From Ruminococcus sp. (GTDB lineage: Bacteria > Bacillota > Clostridia > Oscillospirales > Ruminococcaceae), in contig SVNR01000001.1 in the NCBI GenBank assembly GCA_015066815.1, positions 7,215 to 71,214 on the forward strand: a DNA stretch of 64,000 nt, in the 5' to 3' direction. Under the pieces are notes generated by a model. That model did not search any database. It saw only the letters and a program-made list of their open reading frames with translations, and was not told the origin of the DNA. How positions within the stretch are numbered: position 1 is the stretch's first letter; every line of letters begins with the position of its first letter. The position numbers and the translations under genes were made by a program. This document shows positions 17,872-27,982 of the stretch, piece by piece.

Positions 17872-18666
17872 ATGAAAGTCAGTTATTTCCCGGGCTGTAC
17901 CCTCCGCACAAAGGCAAAGGATCTTGATTTTTATGCTCGCAAATGCGCCGAAATCCTCGGCGTAGAGCTTTGCGAGATCAAGGACTGGCAGTGCTGCGGC
18001 GCTTCCTTCGTTTCTGCAAAGGACGAGGTTGCATCCAAGCTCTCCAGTGTCCGTGCACTTGTTGCCGCAAGGGATGAAGAACAGCCGCTCGTTACTGTCT
18101 GTTCAGCATGTCACAATGTCATAAAGCAGACAAATGACGCTATGCAGACAGACGAAGAATTCGCAAACAAAGTAAACCTTTATATGGCACAGGATAAGGA
18201 TCCTTCAGAACCTTACCACGGTGAAACACAGGTATATCACTATCTCGAAATGCTCCGTGACACCGTAGGCTTTGACAAGATCAGAGAAGCTGTAAAAAAT
18301 CCCCTCACCGGCAAAAAAATTGCCGCTTACTACGGATGTATGCTTCTCCGTCCCGGCAAGGTAATGAACTTTGACGATCCGGAAAATCCAACGATCATAG
18401 AAAACTTCATAAGAGCACTCGGCGCAGAGCCGGTCGTATATCCGGCAAGAAACGAATGCTGTGGCAGCTACGTAGTACTCGAGGATGCTGATTCTGCAAA
18501 GAAGAAGAGCAACTCCGTATCAGACAGTGCTGCAAACCACGGCGCTGAGATGATAGTTACTGCTTGTCCTCTCTGCAAGTACAACCTCGAAAAGAGCGGA
18601 AGCTCCATACCTGTTGTTTACTTTACAGAGCTGCTTGCTGTAGCACTCGGCGTAAAGGAGGACTAA
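17872..18666 (+). CDS. hdrB: Heterodisulfide reductase subunit B-like (two CCG domains)
   Basis: YFPGC, CCG, CSAC, YYGC, CCGS, ACPLC. Confidence 0.92.
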   Translation: MKVSYFPGCTLRTKAKDLDFYARKCAEILGVELCEIKDWQCCGASFVSAKDEVASKLSSVRALVAARDEEQPLVTVCSACHNVIKQTNDAMQTDEEFANKVNLYMAQDKDPSEPYHGETQVYHYLEMLRDTVGFDKIREAVKNPLTGKKIAAYYGCMLLRPGKVMNFDDPENPTIIENFIRALGAEPVVYPARNECCGSYVVLEDADSAKKKSNSVSDSAANHGAEMIVTACPLCKYNLEKSGSSIPVVYFTELLAVALGVKED

Positions 18667-18670
18667 TAGC

Positions 18671-19063
18671 ATGCTTAATAAAACAGAGCGTCAGAAGGAA
18701 CAGATCCTTCGCATGAGCGGTGTAAATCCTCTCAAGTGCATGCGCTGCGGAAAATGCTCCGGCACATGCCCTTCATATGATGAGATGGAATATCATCCGC
18801 ATCAGTTTGTATACATGGTTGAAACAGGAGATATCGAAGCTCTCAGAAACTCCGACTCAATCTACAAGTGTCTTTCATGCTTTGCATGCGTAGACAGATG
18901 TCCGCGCGGTGTTGAACCTGCAAAGCTTGTTGAAGCGTTAAGACTCTCGGTTATCCGTGAAAAGGACGCAAACCACCTCACAGCAAACCAGATTCCGGCA
19001 CTTATCGATGATGAGATTCCTCAGCAGGCTCTCATGAGTGCTATGAGAAAATATTCCAAGTAG
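18671..19063 (+). CDS. hdrC: Heterodisulfide reductase subunit C-like
   Basis: CMRCGKCSGTCP and CLSCFACVDRCPRG. Confidence 0.9.
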   Translation: MLNKTERQKEQILRMSGVNPLKCMRCGKCSGTCPSYDEMEYHPHQFVYMVETGDIEALRNSDSIYKCLSCFACVDRCPRGVEPAKLVEALRLSVIREKDANHLTANQIPALIDDEIPQQALMSAMRKYSK

Positions 19064-19082
19064 AAAGGAGAAATATATTCCC

Positions 19083-21077
19083 ATGCAGAGAATCGGAGTA
19101 TTTGTCTGTCATTGCGGTACTAACATTGCCGGAACGATAGACGTAAAAGCAGTTGCCGAAGCACTGAAAAATGAGCCGGGTGTTGTTTTCTCCACCGACT
19201 ATCAGTATATGTGCTCCCAGGCAGGACAGGACATAATCAAGGACGCTATAGCTGAACACAAGCTTACAGGTATCGTAGTCTGCTCATGCTCTCCACGTAT
19301 GCACGAGGCTACATTCCGCAAGACTGCAGCTGCAGCAGGCCTTAACTCATACATGGTAGAGATAGCAAACATCCGTGAACAGTGTTCATGGGTACACAAG
19401 GAAATACCGATCGGTACAGAAAAGGCTATCATTCTCGGAAAAGCAGCAGTAGCAAAGGTAAACCTCAACACACCTCTCACACCGGGAGAAAGCCCTGTAA
19501 CAAAGCGTGCGCTTGTTATCGGCGGCGGTATAGCAGGTATCCAGACTGCTCTTGATATTGCCGATGCAGGCTTCCCTGTTGATATCGTTGAAACAAAGCC
19601 TACAATAGGCGGTAAAATGGCTCAGCTCGACAAGACATTCCCTACACTCGACTGTGCAGCTTGTATCCTCACTCCAAAAATGGTTGAGGTTGCACAGCAC
19701 GAAAACATAAGAATCTTCTCATACAGCGAGGTATCCGAAATAAAGGGCTTCGTAGGCAACTTCGACGTTACTATCAAGCGTCGTGCCCGTTATGTTAAGG
19801 AAGATATATGTACAGGATGCGGAGCTTGTACCGAAAAATGTCCTCAGAAGAAGGTTCCGAACGAGTTCAACCTCGGTATGGACACACGTCGTGCTATATA
19901 TATTCCTTTTGCACAGGCAGTTCCTAAGGTAGCAACTATCGACGCTGACTACTGTACAATGCTCAAGACAGGCAAGTGCGGTGTATGTTCCAAGGTATGT
20001 ACTGCAGGCGCTATAGACTATCAGGCAAAGGACGAATTTATCGAAGAAAAGTACGGTGCTATCGTAGCTGCAACCGGTTTTAACCCTATCTCTATGGATA
20101 AGTTTGATGAGTTTGCATACTCACAGTCCAAGGACGTTATAACTTCACTTGAATTCGAAAGACTTACAAACGCTGCAGGTCCTACTGCCGGCAAGCTTCT
20201 CCGTCCTTCTGACGGCGAGCATCCGCACACTATCGTGTTTGTACAGTGCGTAGGTTCAAGATGTGATGCATGTGCAGAAAAGGGTAAGGAATACTGCTCA
20301 AAGATCTGCTGTATGTACACTGCAAAGCACGCTATGCTTACACGCGACAAGTATCCTGACACAGATGTTTATGTATTCTATATAGATGTACGTACACCGG
20401 GTAAGAACTTTGACGAGTTCTATCGCCGTGCAGTTGAAGAATACGGCGTTCACTATATCAAGGGTATGGTAGGAAAGGTTTCACCTGAAGGCAACAAGCT
20501 CAAGGTTCAGGCCTCCGACCTTATTGCAGGAAAGCAGCTCCATATCGACGCTGATCTCGTTGTTCTCGCTGCAGCAATAGAGCCTGACAAGTCAGCTCGT
20601 CCGCTCGCAACAATGCTCACAGCAAGTATGGATACAAACGACTTCTTCACAGAAGCTCATCCTAAGCTCCGTCCTGTAGAAAGCCCGACAGCAGGCGTAT
20701 TCCTCTCAGGTACATGCCAGGGTCCTAAGGATATCCCTGAAACAGTATCACAGGCAGGCGCTGCAGCTTCCAAGGTTATCGGACTTCTCGCCAAGGATAA
20801 GCTCACAGGTAACCCTTGTGTTGCTCACTCAGACGAAAACATGTGTAACGGCTGTTCAACATGTGAAAAGGTTTGTCCTTACGGCGCTATCACATATCAG
20901 GATAAGGAATTCAGAATGCCGGACAGAACAACAAAGATACGTCGTATCGCAGTTGTAAACGAAGCTGTTTGTCAGGGCTGCGGCTGCTGTACAGTTGCTT
21001 GTATGTCAGGCGCTATGGACCTTAAGGGCTTCATGAATAAACAGATTATGGCGGAGGTAGACGCAATATGCAAGTAA
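19083..21077 (+). CDS. hdrA: Heterodisulfide reductase subunit A-like flavoprotein
   Basis: RIGVFVCHCG, CSCSP, NIREQCSW, GGGIAG, LDKTFPTLDCAACIL, CSKICC, ferredoxin motifs. Confidence 0.95.
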   Translation: MQRIGVFVCHCGTNIAGTIDVKAVAEALKNEPGVVFSTDYQYMCSQAGQDIIKDAIAEHKLTGIVVCSCSPRMHEATFRKTAAAAGLNSYMVEIANIREQCSWVHKEIPIGTEKAIILGKAAVAKVNLNTPLTPGESPVTKRALVIGGGIAGIQTALDIADAGFPVDIVETKPTIGGKMAQLDKTFPTLDCAACILTPKMVEVAQHENIRIFSYSEVSEIKGFVGNFDVTIKRRARYVKEDICTGCGACTEKCPQKKVPNEFNLGMDTRRAIYIPFAQAVPKVATIDADYCTMLKTGKCGVCSKVCTAGAIDYQAKDEFIEEKYGAIVAATGFNPISMDKFDEFAYSQSKDVITSLEFERLTNAAGPTAGKLLRPSDGEHPHTIVFVQCVGSRCDACAEKGKEYCSKICCMYTAKHAMLTRDKYPDTDVYVFYIDVRTPGKNFDEFYRRAVEEYGVHYIKGMVGKVSPEGNKLKVQASDLIAGKQLHIDADLVVLAAAIEPDKSARPLATMLTASMDTNDFFTEAHPKLRPVESPTAGVFLSGTCQGPKDIPETVSQAGAAASKVIGLLAKDKLTGNPCVAHSDENMCNGCSTCEKVCPYGAITYQDKEFRMPDRTTKIRRIAVVNEAVCQGCGCCTVACMSGAMDLKGFMNKQIMAEVDAICK

Positions 21078-21502
21078 ACGAATATAAGCCGCTTATTGTG
21101 GCATTCTGCTGTAACTGGTGTTCCTACGCAGGTGCTGACCTTGCAGGTAACAACAGACTCAACTATCCGGCAGAAGTAAAGATCATACGTGTTCCATGCT
21201 CATGCAGAGTAAACCCTATGTTCATACTCCGTGCTTTCCAGCGCGGCGCTGACGGTGTTATCCTCTGCGGATGCCATCCGGGAGACTGTCACTATACATC
21301 AGGAAACTATTTTACACGCCGTCGTATGGCACTTCTCTTCTCTATGCTTGATTTTCTTGGTATCGAGAGAGAGCGTACACGCGTAGAGTGGGTTTCTGCT
21401 GCAGAAGGTGCAAAGTTTGCAGCAACAATGAACGACTTTGTTGAGAAGGTCGTTGCTCTCGGCGAAAACAAGAGACTGGAGGATTTGAGATGCAAGAAAT
21501 AA
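21068..21502 (+). CDS. flxD: MvhD/FlxD [2Fe-2S] subunit
   Basis: FCCNWCSYAGAD, PCSCRV, GCHPGDCHY. Confidence 0.9.
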   Translation: MQVNEYKPLIVAFCCNWCSYAGADLAGNNRLNYPAEVKIIRVPCSCRVNPMFILRAFQRGADGVILCGCHPGDCHYTSGNYFTRRRMALLFSMLDFLGIERERTRVEWVSAAEGAKFAATMNDFVEKVVALGENKRLEDLRCKK

Positions 21503-22482
21503 AACGCGAAGTTCTCGTAGCAAAGGCATCTGAATTACTCGGAAACGGTACAGTAGACCGTGTAATCGGCTGGAAAAACGGAGAATTTGACTATGATGTG
21601 ACACCTGCGGTTTTCACTTCAGCTGAAGAGCTCGAAAAGGAGTTCGTATGGAATGATTTCTGCGGTGCAAACTTCTCAAAATATCTTATCAAGGAGACAG
21701 GAAAGAGCGAAGGTAAGGTAATGGTTTTCTTAAAGCCATGCGATACCTACAGCTTCAACCAGCTCCTCACAGAACACAGATTTGACCGTGAAAAGGTATA
21801 CGTTGTAGGCGTACCATGTAACGGAATGCTTGACGACAGCAAGGTAAGAGCATGCTCTGAGGGTATCGCTTCTGTAAGCGAGGAAAACGGCAAGGTAGCT
21901 GTAGAAACTCTTTACGACGGAAAGCTCACATTCGAAAGAAACGATATGCTTGCTGAACGCTGCATAAACTGTAAGTCCAAGAAGCACACAGCTTATGACG
22001 AGCTTCTCGGCGAAGACGGCGAGGTTCTCGACAGTGCAAGATTTGACGAGGTAGAAAAGCTTGAAAAAATGACACCGGATGAGCGTTTTGCTTTCTGGCA
22101 GAATGAGCTTTCACGCTGCATACGCTGTAACGCATGCCGCAACATCTGTCCGGCTTGCTCATGCGAGAAGTGCGTTTTCGACAATCCTGATTCAGGTGTT
22201 GAAAACAAAGCTGTAGCTGACTCCTTCGAAGAAAAAATGTTCCACATTATCCGTGCCTTCCACGTAGCAGGAAGATGTACAGACTGCGGCGAATGTTCAA
22301 GAGTATGTCCTCAGAATATCCCGCTTCATCTCCTCAACCGTAAGTTCATAAAGGACATAAACGAGTTCTACGGCGAATATCAGGCAGGTGCAGAAGCAGG
22401 AAGCCGTGCTCCTATCGTAGACTATACTACAGAGGATATCGAACCGAGTGAAGCAGTAGAAAGAGGTGGAGATAATGCGTAA
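21490..22482 (+). CDS. flxC: FlxC-like 4Fe-4S protein
   Basis: KPCD, CIRCNACRNICPACSC, AGRCTDCGECSRVCP; position in the hdr-flx order. Confidence 0.75.
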   Translation: MQEIKREVLVAKASELLGNGTVDRVIGWKNGEFDYDVTPAVFTSAEELEKEFVWNDFCGANFSKYLIKETGKSEGKVMVFLKPCDTYSFNQLLTEHRFDREKVYVVGVPCNGMLDDSKVRACSEGIASVSEENGKVAVETLYDGKLTFERNDMLAERCINCKSKKHTAYDELLGEDGEVLDSARFDEVEKLEKMTPDERFAFWQNELSRCIRCNACRNICPACSCEKCVFDNPDSGVENKAVADSFEEKMFHIIRAFHVAGRCTDCGECSRVCPQNIPLHLLNRKFIKDINEFYGEYQAGAEAGSRAPIVDYTTEDIEPSEAVERGGDNA

Positions 22483-23494
22483 AATATCACTTGACAAGTT
22501 AAACCTTCTTTTTTCTGAGATAGCTTCAAAGAACAGTCTCTATATGCCTGTAGACACAGAGGCAGGCGCTAAGTTTGAAAAATACAACGGTACACAGACT
22601 CTCTCCGACGCAGTAAATACCGTAAGAAGCGCTAAGGATTTCTTCTTTCCTCAGACAGAAAACCTCGTTGACTTCAAGGTTGAAGGCAAGAACATAGAGA
22701 TCATCGAACCGGTAAACGAATATGAAGACTTCGTTGTTTTCGGCGTTCGTGCATGTGATGTGAAGAGCTTCGAAATACTTGACAGAGTATTTCTTGCAGA
22801 GCCTGTAGATACATTTTACAAGAACCGCCGCGAACACGGTATCATCATATCAATGGCTTGTAACAAGCCGTCAGAAACATGCTTCTGCGGTACTTTCGGC
22901 ATAGACGCTTCCAGTCCTGCCGGCGATATCGTATGTTACAAGACAGACGACGCTCTCTATCTTGAAGCAAAGACAGAAAAGGGCTCAGCTCTTCTCGATA
23001 GCTTAAACGGCGTTACAGAGGATTCTGACAGTGAAGCTGCCAGAGCACAGCAGGAAGTTATCAAGGAAAGACTTGCAAAGCTTCCTCTCTCAGGACTCAG
23101 CGCAGAGGCATTCGGCGCAGACAAGACAAAGGAATTTTTCGACGCTCCGGAGTGGAATACACTTTCCGAATCATGCCTCGGATGCGGAACATGTACTTTT
23201 GTATGTCCTACATGCCAGTGCTATGATATCAAGGATTTCAACACAGGACGCGAAGTAAAGCGTTTCCGCTGCTGGGATTCATGCATGTACTCCGACTTCA
23301 CAAAGATGGCTCACGGCAATCCGCGTCTCAGCCAGCTTGAACGTTTCCGTCAGAGATTCATGCATAAGCTCGTATACTATCCTACAAACAACGAAGGCAT
23401 CTTCGGCTGCGTAGGATGCGGACGCTGCATGGCTAAGTGCCCTATCAATATGAACATCGTCAAGGTTATGAAAAAGTTAGGAGGCAACAAATAA
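22475..23494 (+). CDS. flxB: FlxB/AsrA-like 4Fe-4S protein
   Basis: GVRACD, CLGCGTCTFVCPTCQC, RFRQRFMHK, CVGCGRCMAKCP. Confidence 0.8.
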   Translation: MRKISLDKLNLLFSEIASKNSLYMPVDTEAGAKFEKYNGTQTLSDAVNTVRSAKDFFFPQTENLVDFKVEGKNIEIIEPVNEYEDFVVFGVRACDVKSFEILDRVFLAEPVDTFYKNRREHGIIISMACNKPSETCFCGTFGIDASSPAGDIVCYKTDDALYLEAKTEKGSALLDSLNGVTEDSDSEAARAQQEVIKERLAKLPLSGLSAEAFGADKTKEFFDAPEWNTLSESCLGCGTCTFVCPTCQCYDIKDFNTGREVKRFRCWDSCMYSDFTKMAHGNPRLSQLERFRQRFMHKLVYYPTNNEGIFGCVGCGRCMAKCPINMNIVKVMKKLGGNK

Positions 23495-24327
23495 TGGCTG
23501 ATATGAAAGATCCTCTTATCCCCGTAGTGGGCGTAGTAACCGATATCCGTATAGATACTCCGGACGTAAAGACCTTCAGAGTTGTTACTCCCGACGGAAA
23601 AAAGGCTTTTGATCACAAGCCCGGTCAGTGCGCTATGCTCTCTATCCCGGGTGTAGGCGAAGCAATGTTTTCAATTACTTCATCACCTACAAACACAGAG
23701 TTTATGGAGTTTTCCATCAAGAAGTGCGGATGCGTTACACAGTGGCTTCACTCTATGGAGGTAGGTCAGCAGATTACTATCCGCGGACCTTACGGAAACG
23801 CTTTCCCTGTTGATACAGAGTTTGTAGGCAAGGATATGCTCTTTATCGCCGGCGGTATCGGTCTCGCTCCGCTTCGTTCAGTAATCAACTACTGCCGTCA
23901 CTATCGTGACCGCTACGGAAAGATCGACATAGTTTACGGTTCAAGAAGTATGGAAGACCTTGTTGACTACAAGGAAATCATAGACGAGTGGGTAAAGGAT
24001 GAAGGCATAAACGTTCACCTTACTATCGACCGTGAACAGCCTGAATGGAACGGACACGTTGGCTTTGTTCCTAACTACGTAAAGGAACTCGGTTTTTCAA
24101 CCGACAAGACAGCTATTCTCTGCGGACCTCCGATAATGATCAAGTTCACACTCGCAGGACTTCAGGAAATAGGCTTTGATAAGACACAGGTATACACAAC
24201 AATGGAGCTTCGTATGAAGTGCGGCGTAGGAAAATGCGGCCGCTGCAACATCGGTTCAAAGTATGTCTGCAAGGACGGTCCTGTATTCCGCTGCGATCAG
24301 GTTGACGAGCTTCCTGACGAATATTAA
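23494..24327 (+). CDS. flxA: FlxA/AsrB-like FAD/NAD-binding oxidoreductase
   Basis: RGPYGN, AGGIGLAP, CGPPIM, MKCGVGKCGRC. Confidence 0.85.
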   Translation: MADMKDPLIPVVGVVTDIRIDTPDVKTFRVVTPDGKKAFDHKPGQCAMLSIPGVGEAMFSITSSPTNTEFMEFSIKKCGCVTQWLHSMEVGQQITIRGPYGNAFPVDTEFVGKDMLFIAGGIGLAPLRSVINYCRHYRDRYGKIDIVYGSRSMEDLVDYKEIIDEWVKDEGINVHLTIDREQPEWNGHVGFVPNYVKELGFSTDKTAILCGPPIMIKFTLAGLQEIGFDKTQVYTTMELRMKCGVGKCGRCNIGSKYVCKDGPVFRCDQVDELPDEY

Positions 24328-24362
24328 TATTTTTAAAAGAAACCGAGAGGAGTTTATATACA

Positions 24363-25037
24363 ATGGAAAATATGGTAAATATTTACCTGTTCGGTAAACA
24401 GTATACTGTTCCGGATCATCTCACAATCATGCGTGCTATGGAATATGCCGGTTACCAGCTTGTCCGCGGATGCGGATGCCGTAACGGATTCTGCGGCGCA
24501 TGTGCAACTATCTACCGTATCAAGGGTGATACTCAGCTTAGAACATGTCTTGCTTGTCAGACAAAGGTTGAAGAAAACATGTACGTTGCTACACTTCCTT
24601 TCTTCCCTCTTGTAAAGCAGGTTTACAACATAGAAGAGGTTAAGCCTACAGAACAGATAATGATGCAGCTCTATCCTGAGATCTACGCATGTGTAGGATG
24701 TAATGCATGTACAAAGAGCTGTACACAGTCTCTTAACGTAATGCAGTACATAGCTTACGCTCAGAGAGGCGAATTCGAACTCTGCGCAGAAGAATCATTT
24801 GACTGCGTAATGTGCGGTGTTTGTTCTTCACGCTGCCCTGCCGGAATCTCACATCCACAGGTAGCTATGCTCGCAAGAAGAATCAACGGTAAGTACCTTG
24901 CTCCTGCAAGTGCACACCTTGAAAACCGTGTTCAGGAAATCGAAAACGGCACATTTACCGAGCTTATCGAAGCACTTATGGGCAAGCCGATTGAAGAACT
25001 CAAAGAACTCTACAACAACAGAGATATCGAAAAGTAA
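24363..25037 (+). CDS. SdhB/FrdB/TfrB-like Fe-S subunit (2Fe-2S + 2x4Fe-4S)
   Basis: GCRNGFCGAC...C, CVGCNACTKSC, CVMCGVCSSRCP; no CCG domain. Confidence 0.8.
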   Translation: MENMVNIYLFGKQYTVPDHLTIMRAMEYAGYQLVRGCGCRNGFCGACATIYRIKGDTQLRTCLACQTKVEENMYVATLPFFPLVKQVYNIEEVKPTEQIMMQLYPEIYACVGCNACTKSCTQSLNVMQYIAYAQRGEFELCAEESFDCVMCGVCSSRCPAGISHPQVAMLARRINGKYLAPASAHLENRVQEIENGTFTELIEALMGKPIEELKELYNNRDIEK

Positions 25038-25052
25038 GGAGGCCAAACCAAT

Positions 25053-26660
25053 ATGTATTCATCAGAATTTCAGGAATCGTTAAAGAAGGTTGAAGCTGCA
25101 AGAGAGGCAAATATTGCGTATGAGCCTGCTCGTATGACAGCACAGGAAAAGGAAGAGCTCCTTGCTGCTTATCATCCTGACTACAAGAAGAGCGAATTTT
25201 CCACACTTAAGGTAGGCCCTAACAAAGGCGAAGTAGTTCCTCACGAACTCTGTGAGCTTCTCGAAGCAAACAGCCGCATCAAGGCTTCTGATGTTGATCT
25301 TAACGACGTAAAGTACGACGTTGACGTTCTCATCATCGGTGCCGGCGGTGCAGGTACTTCAGCTGCAGTTGAAGCACACAATGCAGGCGCAAATACTATG
25401 ATAGTAACAAAGCTCCGTATGGGCGATGCAAACACAATGATGGCTGAAGGTGGTATCCAGGCAGCTGACAAGGAAAACGACTCTCCTGCGACTCACTTCG
25501 TAGACGCATTTGGCGGCGGTCACTTTGCTGCTAAGCGTGAGCTTCTTGCTAAGCTCGTTTGCGACGCTCCCGGCGCTATCAAGTGGCTCAACGAGCTCGG
25601 CGTAGAGTTCGACAAGGACGAAAACGGCACAATGATCACAACACACGGCGGCGGTACTTCACGTAAGAGAATGCACGCTGCAAAGGACTACTCCGGTGCT
25701 GAGATCATGCGTACACTCCGTGATGAAGTAATCAACCTCGGTATCCCTGTAGTAGACTTCACTTCTGCTGTAGAGCTTATCCTTGATGAAAACGGAAAGG
25801 CTGCCGGTGCAGTTCTCATGAACATGGAAACAAAGGAGCTTATGGTAGCACGTGCTAAGACTGTAGTAATAGCTACAGGCGGTGCAGGACGTATGCACTA
25901 TCAGGGCTTCCCTACATCAAACCACTACGGTGCTACAGCAGACGGTCTTGTTCTCGGCTACAGAGCAGGCGCAAAGCTTCTCTATGCTGACACACTCCAG
26001 TATCATCCGACAGGTGCAGCTTATCCTCAGCAGATCTTCGGTGCTCTTGTTACTGAAAAGGTTCGTTCACTCGGTGCAAAGCTCATCAACTGCGACGGTA
26101 AGGTATTCATGCATCCGCTCGAGACACGTGACGTAGCTGCTGCTTCTATCATCCGTGAATGCTCAGACAGAAACTCAGGTATCGATACAGGTAGCGGAAA
26201 GGCTGTATGGCTCGATACTCCTATGATCGAAAAAATCGGCGGCGAGGGTACTATCGAAAAGAGAATCCCTGCAATGATGCGTATGTTCGCAAGCTACGGA
26301 ATAGACATCCGCAAGGAGCCTATCCTTATATACCCGACACTCCACTACCAGAACGGCGGTCTTGACATAAACGTAAACGGTATGACAACAAACGTTGAAA
26401 ACCTCTTTGTTGCCGGCGAGGCTGTAGGAGGAATCCACGGCAGAAACCGTCTTATGGGTAACTCACTTCTTGACATTATCGTATTCGGCCGCAACGCCGG
26501 AATAAACGCAGCTGCTGCATCAAAGAACGTAACAGTTGGCAAGCTCACACTTTCACACATCGAAAAGTATGACGCTGAACGTGAAGCAGCAGGCATCAAG
26601 ACAGACGCAGTATCACCAATGTTACTGCCGGATTATCGCGGAAACAAAAGCGGAATCTGA
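25053..26660 (+). CDS. Soluble fumarate reductase flavoprotein (TfrA/FrdA-like)
   Basis: GAGGAG; QYHPT, ETRD, TLHYQNGG, GRNRLMGNSL catalytic motifs; NTMMAEGG lacks the covalent-FAD His. Confidence 0.85.
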   Translation: MYSSEFQESLKKVEAAREANIAYEPARMTAQEKEELLAAYHPDYKKSEFSTLKVGPNKGEVVPHELCELLEANSRIKASDVDLNDVKYDVDVLIIGAGGAGTSAAVEAHNAGANTMIVTKLRMGDANTMMAEGGIQAADKENDSPATHFVDAFGGGHFAAKRELLAKLVCDAPGAIKWLNELGVEFDKDENGTMITTHGGGTSRKRMHAAKDYSGAEIMRTLRDEVINLGIPVVDFTSAVELILDENGKAAGAVLMNMETKELMVARAKTVVIATGGAGRMHYQGFPTSNHYGATADGLVLGYRAGAKLLYADTLQYHPTGAAYPQQIFGALVTEKVRSLGAKLINCDGKVFMHPLETRDVAAASIIRECSDRNSGIDTGSGKAVWLDTPMIEKIGGEGTIEKRIPAMMRMFASYGIDIRKEPILIYPTLHYQNGGLDINVNGMTTNVENLFVAGEAVGGIHGRNRLMGNSLLDIIVFGRNAGINAAAASKNVTVGKLTLSHIEKYDAEREAAGIKTDAVSPMLLPDYRGNKSGI

Positions 26661-26684
26661 TTTTTGAAGGAGAAGATTTAATTT

Positions 26685-27959
26685 ATGGAATTGTTCGATG
26701 GAGTTATTAGAATATCGGGAGTATCCTTTCTGATGTTCTCTATCATGGCTATTATCGCACTTGGTTTTTTACTCGGACGCATCACTATAAAGGGTGTGTC
26801 CCTCGGCACTGCCGGCGTATTTATCGTAGCGCTTCTTTTTGGTGCACTGTTCTACCCTGACATACAGATGCAGCTTGACAAATCCGCAGAAGTAAGCGCA
26901 ATGACTTCAAACGCCCTGAAGATCGTAGAAAACGTAGGTCTTATACTGTTCGTTACATCAGTAGGCTTTATTGCAGGACCTAAGTTCTTCAAGAACCTCA
27001 AGATGAACTTCAAATCCTATGTTTTACTGGGTGTTGTGGTTATTCTCTCAGCAGGTCTCACCTGCCTTGCATGCTTCTTTATCGGACGCGGCGCAGAAAA
27101 CAGCGACGCTGAATTCATCGCTATGCTCGACGGTCTGCTCTCCGGTTCACTTACAACAACACCGGGCTTTGCAGCAGCAAAGGAAACTGTTAAGAACAAG
27201 TATGCAGCAGATCCGGATCTCGCAGCACAGTGTGAAGCTGCTGTTACAGTAGGTCACGGTATCGCATATCTCTTCGGAGTTGTCGGCGTTGTTCTCTTCG
27301 TTCAGATCATTCCTAAGATCACAAAGGCAAACATGGATGAAGAACGCAAGAAGCTTCAGAGTGTTGATTCCGGTTCTGCAAAGGCTTTTTCAGGAAAGCT
27401 TACAGACATTGACGGCATGGGACTCTGCGCATTTGCTGCAGCAGCGTTTATCGGACTTTTTATCGGAAACATAAGAATCCCTATGTCCTCAAGCGGTCTT
27501 TCAGGCACATGCTTCTCACTCACAACAACAGGCGGCGCACTTATCTCCTCACTTGTTTTCGGACATTTTTCACGTATCGGCAAGGTAAACATCATGCCAC
27601 AGAAAAACACACTCGAAAACCTTCGTGAGCTCGGACTCGTACTCTTCCTTATAGGTGCCGGTGTCGCAGGCGGTAAGGACTTCGTTGCTTACTTTAAACC
27701 TATATACTTCATCTACGGCGCTATAATGACCATCGTTCCGATGATTATCGGCTATCTTGTTGCCAAGTATGTTTTAAAACTGAGTCTTCTTAATAACCTC
27801 GGCTCCCTTACCGGTGGTATGACATCCACTCCGGCTCTTGGTACTCTTATCAACGTTGCCAAGACTGAGGATGTTGCTTCTGCATATGCTTCAACCTATC
27901 CGATAGCACTTCTTGCAGTTGTACTGGTATCACAATTTCTTATTGTATTATTTGGATAG
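26685..27959 (+). CDS. AspT/YidE/YbjL-family antiporter (candidate succinate exporter)
   Basis: Duplicated GSLTTTPGF / GGMTSTPALG motifs; many TM segments. Confidence 0.8.
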   Translation: MELFDGVIRISGVSFLMFSIMAIIALGFLLGRITIKGVSLGTAGVFIVALLFGALFYPDIQMQLDKSAEVSAMTSNALKIVENVGLILFVTSVGFIAGPKFFKNLKMNFKSYVLLGVVVILSAGLTCLACFFIGRGAENSDAEFIAMLDGLLSGSLTTTPGFAAAKETVKNKYAADPDLAAQCEAAVTVGHGIAYLFGVVGVVLFVQIIPKITKANMDEERKKLQSVDSGSAKAFSGKLTDIDGMGLCAFAAAAFIGLFIGNIRIPMSSSGLSGTCFSLTTTGGALISSLVFGHFSRIGKVNIMPQKNTLENLRELGLVLFLIGAGVAGGKDFVAYFKPIYFIYGAIMTIVPMIIGYLVAKYVLKLSLLNNLGSLTGGMTSTPALGTLINVAKTEDVASAYASTYPIALLAVVLVSQFLIVLFG

Positions 27960-27982
27960 TTTATAACTGACGGGTGGTATTT

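Noticed and set aside
19083-21502. Selenocysteine in HdrA or MvhD/FlxD
   Set aside because: Both ORFs are uninterrupted, with Cys at the motif positions
25053-26660. L-aspartate oxidase NadB
   Set aside because: It lacks the EGGHS signature (has HGGGTS) and is paired with an Fe-S subunit in a fumarase operon
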